A DNA stretch of 64,000 nt from Eledone cirrhosa (GCA_964016885.1 OZ024743.1:304420001-304484000), one strand, 5' to 3'; shown: positions 27,780 through 40,535, counted from the first letter of the stretch. Translations and numbers: made by a program. Notes: generated from the sequence alone by a model not told the origin.

Positions 27780-28232
27780 GTTAGTACTAACTGTAAATGT
27801 AGGAATCGGGTTGATTGCCCCCTATCCGGGAAATGCCTCTCTAGTAACATTGTCTACAAATGTAAGGTTGAAATACCCACGTCCCGTAGGGCCTATATAG
27901 GGTTAACCGCCAATAGATTCAAGCAGCGTCCTTACATGCATACCCATTCTTTTCGTTAACCTCTAAGAAGGAATATGACGTCACTTTCAGCTTATATCTG
28001 GAGTCTAAAAGACAACCACACCCAATATAAGTTACACTGGGAGATCCTAGCTAGGGCTAGATAGTATAACGGAAATAAAATACCATGTGACCTCTGCGCC
28101 GCTGAGGCCCTGGAAATACACTACGCCACAGACCACATCTTAAACAAAAAATATGAGGCAATTTCGGCTTGTAAACATAAATTGCACAAAACTTTCCTGT
28201 ATTACAGCCCCACATTATACCCTAACGGATAA
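27780..28232 (+). pseudogene. PLE GIY-YIG endonuclease with in-frame stops (not in the ORF track)
   Basis: NCKCRNRVDCPLSGKCLSSNIVYKC..RAYIGLTANRFKQR..H..SFR*..YIWSLKD..WEILARA..CDLCAAE..LNKKYEAISACKHK; homologous to 3346-3951. Confidence 0.85.
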
Positions 28233-29153
28233 TACGATCTATAAGCGGATATTTTACGTCTTGATGTGGTAGCTTAGTATATGTTATGTTTATACCATTA
28301 CTTATTAGCATAGGTAAGTATATATTACCTGTATGTTTTGTGAAGGTACTTATACTTTCTCGTACATATATTTGATTGTATATGTTATGGCGTATATTTT
28401 ATATATTCTGGTAGATATGCTTTTGGTTATGTGTATACGTGAGTTTTGCGTCTGTGTGAGAATGCGGGTTCGTACGTATGTGGAGTGTGTAGATATGTGT
28501 ACTTCGTGTTTTGGTTGATGTACGTCACCGAACATATGTGTATTTACATGTAGGTATGTGTGTGCGCTTGTTATATATGTATTTATTTATATACGTTTAT
28601 TGAACTATGTGCATACACGCACTCACACACACACACATTTATATGTGCGTGTATTTGTATACCTATTGCGAGTGTTTTCGCGTATGCTTGTGTATGTACG
28701 TATATGGATGCGTGTATGTATTTATTTAATTTCAATTACCTCTGTATTTTATTTGCTTTATTCTTAACTCTGAAGCCGAGAATCATTCGGTTTCCTAGTT
28801 AGAATTTTATTCTACGACTTCAGTTATACCATTTATGTGGTTTTGTCTTTGCGTGAAATTGTTCTCCACGATCCACATATGACGTATATCTTCGTTTTTT
28901 TTCGTTCATTGCCAGAGAACGTATCTATGAACCACCTAAGAGAATATTAGTCTACGACTTCTTTTATACCAAAAACGTGGTTTTTCTTCGCGTGTAATTG
29001 TTTTTCACCACTCCAAATAATGACGTAATATCTTCGTTTTTTCCCGTTTTTTGCCAGGGAACGTTTCCACGAACCAAAGTATCGTCTTCCTGTCTTCCTC
29101 CGGTTGCAACGGTTTTTGAAATATTCACTTCTGCGTTCACAGATTAATTTTTT

Positions 29154-29204
29154 AGTTTCAGAAGATCCCGTTAAGGGTGAAAGCAGCGATTCTTTGCTTA
29201 AACT
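29154..29204 (+). ncRNA. Hammerhead-like motif, core CAGAAGA; identical copy at 33770-33820, partial at 37828-37870 (-)
   Basis: agttt-CAGAAGA-tccc(gttaa)gggt-GAAAgca(gcgattctt)tgcTT-aaact. Confidence 0.55.
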
Positions 29205-29331
29205 TTAAACTGTTATTTTAATAAATATTTGCTCTACGGTTCTTATATAGTTGATATATATTTATCCTTATAGATCCCTCTTTCTATTTTAGTCTTCAAA
29301 TTTATTATTATTATATATATATATATTTATA

Positions 29332-30806
29332 TAAAGAAAAAAAGATGAAATCGTAAATGCACCTGGAGTCTTATTTTTTTTTAAATATATATATTTATTT
29401 GGTTCTTTTACCGGTTTCGCAGTTCTTCTGCTTTTCAAAAGTAGAGTTGAGATGGAGTGTCTGTGGGTTTTTTCACATCTGGTTGGTCTCTGAATGTTAC
29501 TTGTTTTATATGGAAAAAGTGGCTCGAAATGCCAGGTTTTTAGAGAAGTAATTTGATTGGTTTGTCAATAATTATAATAAATTTCGCGCCAGTTCGCGTT
29601 ACAAATTTCCTCAAACAAGGGGGGGCTCAGGTTGTTTTTTCATATATGAGTGTTTGAATTTCTTTTTACTTAAAAAAAGGTGCTCACGAAGGCTTTTTTT
29701 TAAATAAACGTAATTTGATTGGTTATAAATGAAATTATGGATGTCACGTGAACAAGTTTTCATTAAATTTCGCGCCCTTATTTGGAAATCTATTATGTAG
29801 CCTTTTTAGAGAATTTTATGACAAGCAAAAGATAATGGTCAAGAGAAATGGGATGGGAAAATTTGTTCTGGCTCAGTGAATATGGTTAGTTCGCTGGGGT
29901 GTCAGAATTCAGATTTTCTATTGAAATAAAGAAAGTAAAGATATGTATATTTATTTGTGTGTGTGTGTGTCTGTGTGTGTGTGTGTGTTGTGTGTGTGTT
30001 TTTGAATTTCTTTTTACTTAAAAAAGGGGGGCCCACGAAGGCTTTTTTAATAAACGTAATTTGATTGACTGTCACGTGAACAAAAAGCCTTCGTGAGTCC
30101 CTTTTTTTAAGTAAAAAGAAATTCAAAAACACACACATAACACACGCACGCACACACACACAAGCACACAAATAAACATACATATCTTTACTTTCTTTAT
30201 TTCAATAGAAAATCTGAATTCTGACACCCTAGCCAACTAACCATATTCACTGAACCAGAACAATTTTCCCATCCCATTTCGCTTGACCATTATCTTTTGC
30301 TTGTCATACAATTGTCTAAAAAGGCTACAGAATAGATTTCCAAATAAGGGCGCGAAAATTTAATGAAAACTTGTTCACGTGACAGCCATAATTTCATTTA
30401 TAACCAATCAAATTACGTTTATTAAAAACAAGCCTTCGTGAGCCCCCTTTTTTTAAGTAAAAAGAAATTCAAATACGCATATATGAAAAAACAACCTGAG
30501 CCCCCCCCCCCCCCCCCCCTTGTTTGAAGAACTTTGTAACGCGAACTGGCGCGAAATATATTATAATTATTGACAAACCAATCAAATTACTTCTCTAAAA
30601 ACCTGGCATTTCGATCCACTTTTTCCATATAAAACAATTAACATTCAGAGACCAACCAGATGTGAGAAAAACCACAGACCGTCCATCTCAACTCTACTTT
30701 TGAAAAGCAGAAGAACTGCGAAACCGGTAAAGGAACCAAATAAATATATATTCTATTTTTAAAATAAGACTCCAGTTGCATTTTCGAGTTCATCTTTTTT
30801 TCTTTA
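29332..30806. repeat. About 1.47-kb fold-back (arms about 720 bp, imperfect) of a pLTR-like element
   Basis: 29332-30048 is the reverse complement of 30082-30806 with scattered substitutions; internal unit 29652-29755 recurs at 29998-30082. Confidence 0.92.
30697..30732 (+). ncRNA. Minimal hammerhead-like motif with UUGAAAA (U3-A8) core; mirror at 29405-29441 (-)
   Basis: ctt-TTGAAAA-gcag(aagaa)ctgc-GAAAccgGTA-aag; core identical in both arms. Confidence 0.65.
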
Positions 30807-30866
30807 CAATTTCACTCGTGTAGGACACCACGGTTATCTTTCATTTTGTAAAAAAAACCTCACCTT

Positions 30867-30932
<66 letters not shown>

Positions 30933-30957
30933 CATATATATATACATATATATAATC

Positions 30958-31169
30958 GTTTGTATATGTATAATAAAGCCAAAACAATGCAGGTATGGAC
31001 ATAGAATAAAGAATGCAAATGCAAAAGATACTGTTGACAATTAGTCTTTTACCTTAGATTTATTTAAATAAATCTAAGGTAAAAGACTAATGGTCAACAA
31101 TATCTTTGCATTTGCATTCTTTATTCTATGTCCATACCTGCATTGTTTTGGCTTTATTATACATATACA

Positions 31170-31172
<3 letters not shown>
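30958..31172. repeat. Spacer-less palindrome of a pLTR segment related to the 7697-11120 PLE
   Basis: Axis at tattt|aaata (31065/31066); arms match 10979-11080; (TA)n on both sides. Confidence 0.92.
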
Positions 31173-31208
<36 letters not shown>

Positions 31209-31246
31209 TTGCGAGGTTTTTTATATGAAATCGTGTGTCGAAACAG

Positions 31247-31757
31247 ATATTGTTATATTTGGGGAGGGTCATATTTGCGTAATATTGCCAGAATTAATAA
31301 CAGAACACACTCACTGTTTGGTTGGTTTTCGCTTCTCGCTGTCTTTTATATATATATATCTGCGATCTAACTTATTCGGTCCTCAATGTTGCCATTGACT
31401 GACCGGCGGTCAAAAATAATACAGATACAATATAGACAAACACATATATATATAGTTTACATGGCGTAGACATACAACACAACAGGAGGAACAATGAATA
31501 TAACACCACTGACGATGTTGCAGATGTGCAACGAAAGATTTATGTAAACTATATATATATGTGTTTGTCTATATTGTATCTGTATTATTTTTGACCGCCG
31601 GTCAGTCAATGGCAACATTGAGGACCGAATAAGTTAGATCGCAGATATATATATATAAAAGACAGCGAGAAGCGAAAACCAACCAAACAGTGAGTGTGTT
31701 CTGTTATTAATTCTGGCAATATTACGCAAATATGACCCTCCCCAAATATAACAATAT
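31247..31757. repeat. Inverted repeat with 216-bp arms and a 79-bp loop holding a truncated hammerhead
   Basis: Arms 31247-31462 and 31542-31757; loop contains CTGACGA-t-gttgca(gatg)tgcaac-GAAA (31509-31536). Confidence 0.9.
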
Positions 31758-31765
31758 ATATATAT

Positions 31766-33030
31766 ATATAAATGAAAATTAGAGTTAAAACTCCAATTGA
31801 AACCCTGTAACTATTAAGCTCCAAGTATAAAATACGGAGCCGATTAATAATATATATGCAGTAAGAAACACAGTAAACCGTGTGTCTAATATTACAAGGG
31901 TTGAAAAACCACATTTGTTTGAAATATTTAACCAAGAAGCAGACAGAATGATAAAATAAAAATATATTATTATACAAACCGCCTCAATAACCATTATATC
32001 TCTCGGACAGATTATCCCTAATCTGTTTTGCCCTGAGTGTGTTTGTAACAGATAATCCTTAGGCATCATCAGCGAGAGAATCTGATTAAATGCGACAAAC
32101 ACTATGTACCAACGTTCACACAGAAAGATGAAATTTATCACCTCGTGCGCCGCTAGTCAAACGTGGTAAGCGTGTATTGAATAGAAACAACAGTCCAACA
32201 CACACAACTTAATAAGCTCGACTTGTGAGGGAGCAGAAATATAAATGAAAATTAGAGTTAAAACTCCAATTGAAACCCTGTAACTATTAAGCTCCAAGTA
32301 TAAAATACTGAGCCGATTAATAATATATATGCAGTAAGAAACACAGTAAACCGTGTGTCTAATATTACAAGGGTTGAAAAACCACATTTGTTTGACATAT
32401 TTAACCAAGAAGCAGACAGAATGATAAAATAAAAATATATTATTATACAAACCGCCTCAATAACCATTATATCTGTCTGCTTCTTGGTTAAATATGTCAA
32501 ACAAATGTGGTTGTTCAACCCTTGTAATATTAGACACACGGTTTACTGTGTTTCTTACTGCATATATATTATTAATCGGCTCAGTATTTTATACTTGGAG
32601 CTTAATAGTTACAGGGTTTCAATTGGAGTTTTAACTCTAATTTTCATTTATATTTCTGCTCCCTCACAAGTCGAGCTTATTAAGTTGTGTGTGTTGGACT
32701 GCTGTTTCTATTCAATACACGCTTACCACGTTTGACTAGCGGCGCACGAGGTGATAAATTTCATCTTTCTGTGTGAACGTTGGTACATAGTGTTTGTCGC
32801 ATTTAATCAGATTCTCTCGCTGATGATGCCCATGATTATCTGTTACAAACACACTCAGGGCAAAACAGATTAGGGATAATCTGTCCGAGAGATATAATGG
32901 TTATTGAGGCGGTTTGTATAATAATATATTTTTATTTTATCATTCTGTCTGCTTCTTGGTTAAATATTTCAAACAAATGTGGTTTTTCAACCCTTGTAAT
33001 ATTAGACACACGGTTTACTGTGTTTCTTAC

Positions 33031-33040
<10 letters not shown>
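31766..33040. repeat. 473-bp-period partial tandem plus about 570-bp inverted copy (hammerhead-bearing array)
   Basis: 31771 recurs at 32244 and 31981 at 32454; 32472-33040 is the reverse complement of about 31852-32421. Confidence 0.92.
32814..32891 (+). ncRNA. Type I hammerhead with full stem III (G12 reads A); mirror at 32000-32078 (-)
   Basis: ctctcg-CTGATGA-tgccc..gggc-AAAAcagatta(ggga)taatctGTC-cgagag. Confidence 0.7.
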
Positions 33041-33105
<65 letters not shown>

Positions 33106-33139
33106 ATAATAATAAAATTGAAGACTAAAATACATTCGT

Positions 33140-33842
33140 GTATTTATTTGTAGGTATGTGTGTGCGCTTGTTATATACGTATTTATTTACTTATATACGT
33201 TTATATAATTATTTATTTATTTGTACACAAGCATACACACACACACATATTTATATGTGCGTGGTTTTGTATACCTATGGTAAGGTTTTGCGTATGCTTG
33301 TGTATGTACGTATCTGTTTGCGTGTATGTATTTATTTATTTGTTTCTATTACTTCTGTATTGTATTTATTTACTTTGTTCTTAACTCTGTAGCGGAGATT
33401 CATTTGGTCTCCTAGTTAGAATTTTAGTCTACAATTTCTGCTATACCATTTACGTGGTTTTGTCTTTGCGTGCTATTGTTCTCCACGCTCCACATATGAC
33501 TTATTATCTTCGTTTTTTCGTTCATTGCCAGAGAACGTCTCTATGCACCACCTAAGAGAACATTAGTCTACGACCTCTTTTATACCATAAACGTGGTTCT
33601 GTCTTTGCGCGTAATTGTTTTTCACCGCTCCTATTAATGACGTATTATTCGTTTTTTCCAGTTCTTTGCCAGCGAACGTTTCCACGAACCAAAGTATCGT
33701 CTTCCTGTCTTCCTCCGGTTGCAACGTTTTTTGAAATATCCAGTTCTGCGTTTACAGATTGACTTCATTAGTTTCAGAAGATCCCGTTAAGGGTGAAAGC
33801 AGCGATTCTTTGCTTAAACTTTAATCTGTTATTTTAATAAAT
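33140..33842 (+). mobile_element. Diverged copy of PLE 3' UTR/pLTR (28540-29225)
   Basis: Shared blocks such as gaacgtttccacgaaccaaagtatcgtcttcctgtcttcctccggttgcaac. Confidence 0.9.
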
Positions 33843-33856
33843 ATATATATATATAT

Positions 33857-34513
<657 letters not shown>

Positions 34514-34926
34514 ATATATTAATAAATGGAAACTATATGTATAAAACCATATTTATTTTATTATACATATTTCAAGGGCAACCAAGGCAAATTATGGTGC
34601 GCTTTCATCATATAAAATACAGATTTGTTTCATAAATAAATATTGACATACCCGGAAAAAAGACAACTTCAACGTTTGGAGCTTCCTGGGTAGTGGAGAT
34701 AGTACATTTATTGAGGGTGATACAAAGTTATGAGTGAGTATGCAAATGAATGTCCGAAACGTTGAAAAGATAACGGTTTATTTAAATTAAACTGTTGGAA
34801 GAAGATGATATGTAAGGGAGAGAGAAAAAAGAAAAAAGAAAAAAAGAAAGGAGAAAGATAGAAGAGGAAAGAAAGATAGATTATATATATTGATAGTGAA
34901 GATAGAGTACATGAAGAAATAACCTC

Positions 34927-34960
<34 letters not shown>

Positions 34961-34964
<4 letters not shown>

Positions 34965-36676
34965 GAAATGACAGGAGGCTGGACTTGTGTAAATCCTTGA
35001 AAGGTTTATTATACTATGATCATTTCAATGACCGGGTTCCGTATGAACAGGTGATATCATCAGGTATTGGAAATACTATAAATGAATGTAATAGGTAAAA
35101 TCCATGGGGCTGAAAATCAAAGACAGGACGACGAACGACCATCTAGCATCTTCCACTTTAGCCGGTCGCCCTCAAGTGTTGGCTATTCGTTCTACTTGAG
35201 GCCATCTGGTGAGGGGAGTAAAGCTTTTAGTGTGCTACTACCCTCCCGGTCAAATAGAAAGGGAGAGGAACATAAGTCAGCATTAATATCATACTACACG
35301 AAAACGATAGAAAGAAGGGGGAAGAAAAGGAAGAAGAAAAGTCAGCGTTAATGTCGAGCTACAAGAAGAAAGGCAGAAAGAAAGAGGAAAAGAAGTCCGT
35401 ACTAATGTCAAGCTAGTCAGCCAGGAGTGGCGCGAAAAAATGTTATTCTAAAGGACCCGTATCTTAACAGAGGTATATATTATAACAGAGGTAAATATAG
35501 TGGGGGGTCTGCATGTTATAATGTGTGGGCAGAAGATTGAACGTTAATTTTTGTTTAGATCTATAGGATGAAGTTACTAAAATTTAATATTCAATATTAA
35601 CATTATAAAATTTAAGAAATGAGAAAATTGAAAATTAAACAGTTTAAAGTTTTTAAGGTTTTGATTGCGAGGTTTAAGTAAAGAAAGAGTCTTTTATGAA
35701 GAAACTTAAATTGTATTGTAGATTATGCCTTTGTTTAGCAGTCAAACAGCATGCGGCGACTGCAGGCTCCGTCGGCCCAACCTTACCGCGTGTCAGCCCT
35801 TCCGAGTGATATCGCCTAGCGAAAGATACGGAAGTCAATTTTTCCAAGCACTCTAGGAATGTATAACAGGCTTCAGGTGCGCCAGTGGGAAGTCAGCCCT
35901 CATCGTTATGCCATCCTTGTACCAAACCAGTACCATTAACCTACCCAGGAGGGGGATTTGTTTAAGTAGAGGGAGGCCTGATACATCTAATAGTTATGAT
36001 TAGGTCTCCAATTTAAAGGTAGTATATGGCGGTCAAAAAACCGGCTGCGCGACGGGTCCCTGGGGTGAATCAAGCCACTCCGAGTAGTTTCATTTACCAA
36101 AAGAAGGGGAAATTAACTTTTCCAAGCACTGAAGGAAGGCCTATGCGCCAGGAGGCCGGTCCCGCAGCCAGGAAAACCAACCCACCAGTCCGACAGAAAA
36201 TTGGAACGTTAAATTATTGTTTAGATTTATAGGATGAAGTTAAAAATTAACATTATAAAATAAAAGCTTTACCCCCCTCACCAGATGGCCTCAAGTAGAC
36301 CGAATAGCCAACACTTGAGGGCGACCGGCTAAAGTGAAAGATGCTAGATGGTCGGTCGTCCTCCTGTCTTTGATTTTCAGCCCCATGGATTTTGCCTATT
36401 ACATTCATTTATTGTATTTCCAATACCTGATGATATCACCGGATTCATACGGAACCCGGTCATTGAAGTGATCATAGTATAATAAAGCTTTCAAGGATTT
36501 AAACAAGTCCAGCCTCCTGTCATTTTATTATAATATTTAACTCCGTACTAGCACCACCAACTACAAAAACGAAGACGGTTGAACTGCTTTACGTTGAGTA
36601 CTCTCCATATTATTACATTAAGATTGACCATACGGAATTAACCAGCTCTATCCAGTGGTGAACCTTCAAACCCGAA
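34961..36676. mobile_element. PLE 3' UTR remnant bracketed by inverted 270-bp pLTR arms
   Basis: 34961-35229 is the reverse complement of 36261-36530; each arm carries a hammerhead; outer ends abut (TA)n. Confidence 0.88.
35011..35067 (-). ncRNA. Type I hammerhead, intact core, palindromic stem III; mutated mirror at 36423-36480 (+)
   Basis: Reverse complement: atac-CTGATGA-tatcacctgttcatacggaacccggtcatt-GAAA-tgatca-TA-gtat. Confidence 0.65.
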
Positions 36677-36700
36677 TATATATATAGATAGATAGATAGT

Positions 36701-36732
<32 letters not shown>

Positions 36733-36733
36733 C

Positions 36734-37590
36734 ACTAGCTGAGCTACCCGGTGATTCCCGGGTGTTTTATTAAAGTATTTGACCATTGAAATATGATTGC
36801 TGTATTTTAACTAAAGTAGGAATTATAGCAGAATATCTATTGCCGTTTATATATACATATACATACACGAGACAGTAGACTAAGATATATATCTTTCTAA
36901 CTTAAGTACGGTGATAAACGCACACACACACACATTTGACTCTAATTTAAGAACGCCGAGACACACATGCGCGCCTGTACCCACACAGACACACACATTC
37001 ACATAGACACATGCTCACATACACACACGCTCACATACACAAACAGTCTCATTAGGACTTTTGTTAAAGATAGAGTGAAAGAGAAATAACGTTAAGAATG
37101 AAGTTAGTTAAGAAGCTTTAAAAAATAAATAAATAAAAGTTAGTTGTCGAACTATGCTATCGTTTTTCTGTTTTCTTTCTCTCTCTTCCCTAATCACCGC
37201 TTTCTCTCTCCGCCTCTCTCTCTCCCTCTCTCTCTCTCATCCCCGCTCTCTATCTTATCCTCTCTCTCATCCCCTCTCTTTCCTTTTTATCTCCTCTCTC
37301 TTATTCCCTCTCTCTCTCTCTCACTCTTTCTCTACAGAATGAAGAACAAAAAACAAATAAGTTGTGGCCTCGTTTTGGAGGACTGAGTTGTGGGAGGAGG
37401 AAGGGGTGTATTAGGAGGGAGGGTTTAATGTCTCCAGCATTTCGATTATTGATTTTCCTTGAAATCCAAGTAGCCAGTCCTATTCCTGAATTTAGCTTAA
37501 TATGTGTGTAAAGTTTCATCATGATCGGCTCACTAGTGTGGAAGCCAACTCTTTCCACACAGACAGACATAAATTGCCATTTATATAGTA
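36734..37590 (+). mobile_element. Non-autonomous Helitron/Helentron-like element (Lep1/HINE-like ends)
   Basis: 5' actagctg with hairpin acccgg..ccgggt; 3' aagtttcatcatgatcgg...acagacagaca...catttatatagta; internal microsatellites. Confidence 0.6.
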
Positions 37591-37600
37591 TATATACATA

Positions 37601-37721
<121 letters not shown>

Positions 37722-37931
37722 ATAATAATAAATGTGACGACTAAAATCCAAAGAGGGCTCGATAAGGATGAATATATATCAGATATATAAGAACCTTAGA
37801 GCAAATATTTATTAAAATAACGGATTAAAGTTTAAGCAAAGAATCGCTGCTTTCCCTCTTAACAGGATCTACTTTAATCTGTTATTTTAATAAATATATA
37901 TATATATATATATACTATATATAAATATATA

Positions 37932-38073
37932 TTTAGTCCAGAATTAGCCGTCGAAACGGCTTGAGATCAGCCGTCGGGGTCTTATTCGTTCCTATTACCC
38001 ACTCTACTACCCTAAGTATTGAGTACTTTGGTGCGTTATGGTCCACCTGGTTCCTTACCACATTTCCTTCGTT
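37932..38073 (+). repeat. pLTR fragment nearly identical to 5132-5273 (hammerhead 3' half)
   Basis: tttagtccagaattagccgtcgaaacggcttgag...accacatttccttcgtt between (TA)n tracts. Confidence 0.9.
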
Positions 38074-38274
38074 ATATATATATATATATATATACTTAGT
38101 AATCTATAAATATCCTGCAACACAATTGTATTAGCCTAGATTAAATGCATCCATGTTGCTATTGTTTAGACAACATAATATACTGGTTCATTAATTATGC
38201 GTTTAATCTCGTCTTTTTTTTATTTCTATGCTTATAACTAAATATATACATATGTGTATGTATATATATATATT

Positions 38275-38316
<42 letters not shown>

Positions 38317-38379
38317 TATAAATATATGTGTGAGACGGTGTGTGCAAATATCACAGAATTAGCAAGCGCGGTTGTCAAT

Positions 38380-39520
38380 TGGAAATTGAATTAGCAACTT
38401 TACCGTATGGTTTGAGTTTTTCTTGTCCTATGACATATATACAGTAGATAGGCAGGTTGAGACTGGCGAGCCAGACTAACGCCTTATTTACAGGAATAAG
38501 GATTGCTTCCAGGCCACCGGGAAGACAATTGAGGGGGCAATCCCGAAGACTACGCTGTACTGTCTGATCTGGATCCCCAAAGTCATAAGCTGGGCTGTCT
38601 TTCATTTTCCATCGATGGAGATAATGTGTTGCCTTGGCATGTGTTTTGCGGATTAAGGGACACTTTTTGCTTTCTGAAAAGATGAAAGCCGTCTGTTTAA
38701 GATGTGGGCTCCTGGACGATGTCCTGGTTGGGAGATCTGGATTCATTCCATGATCTTCGCCACTCTTCCTTCAGATAAAATATATTGTCTTGACGGGGTT
38801 GCATGATTTGAAGCTCATGTTGGGAAAGTTTTCCAGTTCTTCATGGGTGAAAAGATCTGTTTCACGAATCATCTCCCGACGCCGCATGTGAGGTGGATCT
38901 ATATGAGAAAGGTTAGGCAGTCACTGAGTAGATGTACCAGATACTATTCTCATTGCCGAGTCGTGGATGGTCTCAACTCGCTTGGCTTTGCAGGTCTCTG
39001 ACCAGACCGTTGAACAGTACTCTGCAACTGTGTATGCAAGTGCTAAGCACTCACTTCTGAGTGTTTGTGCATCAGACCCCCAGCTGTTTCCTGACATATT
39101 GCGGTTGATATTAATCCTGGTCTTCAGCTTTCCATCAATCCTCTGTAGATATTCTCAGTAGGCTAGGCTTTGATCCAAAGTTACACCAAGATATTTTCGG
39201 TGTGGTACATTCTTGACAGATCTCTCACAGAAGGAGACCTTGATATGGGTCCTAGCTTCTCTGGTGCTTAGATGGAAAGCTGTCATTGTGGTCTTGCTTG
39301 GATAAAAGGCACCAGTAGGACTAGTGCTCCTTCATCTTCCACACGTCTTCTGTGAGTGTAAAAATGAGTTTGTCGAAGCCAGTAGAGTAGATGCGGTAGT
39401 CAAATCAAGGTCCGCTGCCTATGTAAATTTCCTCAAAATTGTCCTGGGCATATCATTCACATAGATGTTAAAGAGCATTGTACTGGTTGAACATATTTGA
39501 CCTCCTCCTGGCAAACATAC
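38380..39520 (-). pseudogene. Degenerate non-LTR RT 3' fragment (RTE-X-like)
   Basis: LFNIYVNDMP, KYLGVTLDQSL, and LHRWKMKDSPAYDFGDPDQTVQRSLRDCP (decayed CxCG..QT..H...CP knuckle). Confidence 0.75.
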
Positions 39521-39864
39521 ATTAATTTTTTGACAAATTCTGGGTTGGTTCACTGTGAACATGCTTTTCTAAAGCAGGAAAAAGAGAAATTGGGGAGGGT
39601 ATTTTCTATGCCTTTAGTGATACAAGAAAGTAAGAACTTTGGGAGGGGTTTTCGCCAAGAATTAAGCTCAGTAGACTTCTATTGGAGAATTTTTCTTGTT
39701 GCAAATTTCTTGTTACAATCATTCTATTTAGCGATTTCGACAATATTTACGCGTTATAAATCCTTATTTTGTACTGTCCATGTGTTGGGTTTCTGTACTG
39801 TACATGGCTTGGGCTCCAGTGTCCAATAAAAGAAATCGTGTTATTATTTGTATTATTATTGAGG

Positions 39865-40535
39865 GAGGTGGATTGGCACTATCGGTAGTGGGCCGGACAC
39901 CAGGCTTCGCGGCATAGAGATACGGCCCTTTTTGTTCAGATTTCTAATCCCGCTAATGTTAGCTTTGCCTTTTATCCTTACAGGGTCGATAAAATAAAGC
40001 AACAGTACTGTACTGGGGTCGATTTAATCGACTTTCCTCTCCCCAAAAATAGCTGGCCTTGTGTCTCAATCAGAAACCATCATTAGGACGTTTGATTACC
40101 AGTATCGGTAGAGCGTCGAACATCCTGCTTTGCGGTATAGGCCCTTTACCTTCTGAGTTGAAATCCCGACGGGGTTAGCTTTGCCTTTCATCCTTACGGT
40201 ATCGATAAAATAAAACACTAGTAATACACTGGGGTTGATTCAATCGACTTTCCCCTCCCTCCAAATTCCTGGCCTTGTGCCTATAGTAGGAATCATTATT
40301 ATTATACTTATAAGGGTGGTTGATTTGCTGTATCGGTAGAGCGGCGAACACAATTCTTTGCAGCATAGAGTTACGTCTCTTTACGTTATGAGTTCAAAAC
40401 CCGCCAATCTTTGCTTTGGTTTTCATCCTTGCGGGGTCGATAACATAAAGCACCAGTATTGCAAAGAGGTTAATTTAATTGACTTTTCCCCAAAAAAAAT
40501 TGCTGGCCTTGTCCCTAAAGTAGAAACAATTATTG
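39865..40535 (+). mobile_element. Three head-to-tail older SINE copies
   Basis: Units at about 39865, 40092 and 40315, each with ttt.atcctt..gg.tcgataa and a tggccttgt tail. Confidence 0.82.

Larger units (their letters stand above)
27765..29225 (+). mobile_element. 5'-truncated PLE (GIY-YIG, 3' UTR, hammerhead pLTR)
   Basis: GIY-YIG pseudo-ORF followed by a UTR whose 28540-29225 part is repeated at 33140-33842. Confidence 0.8.
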
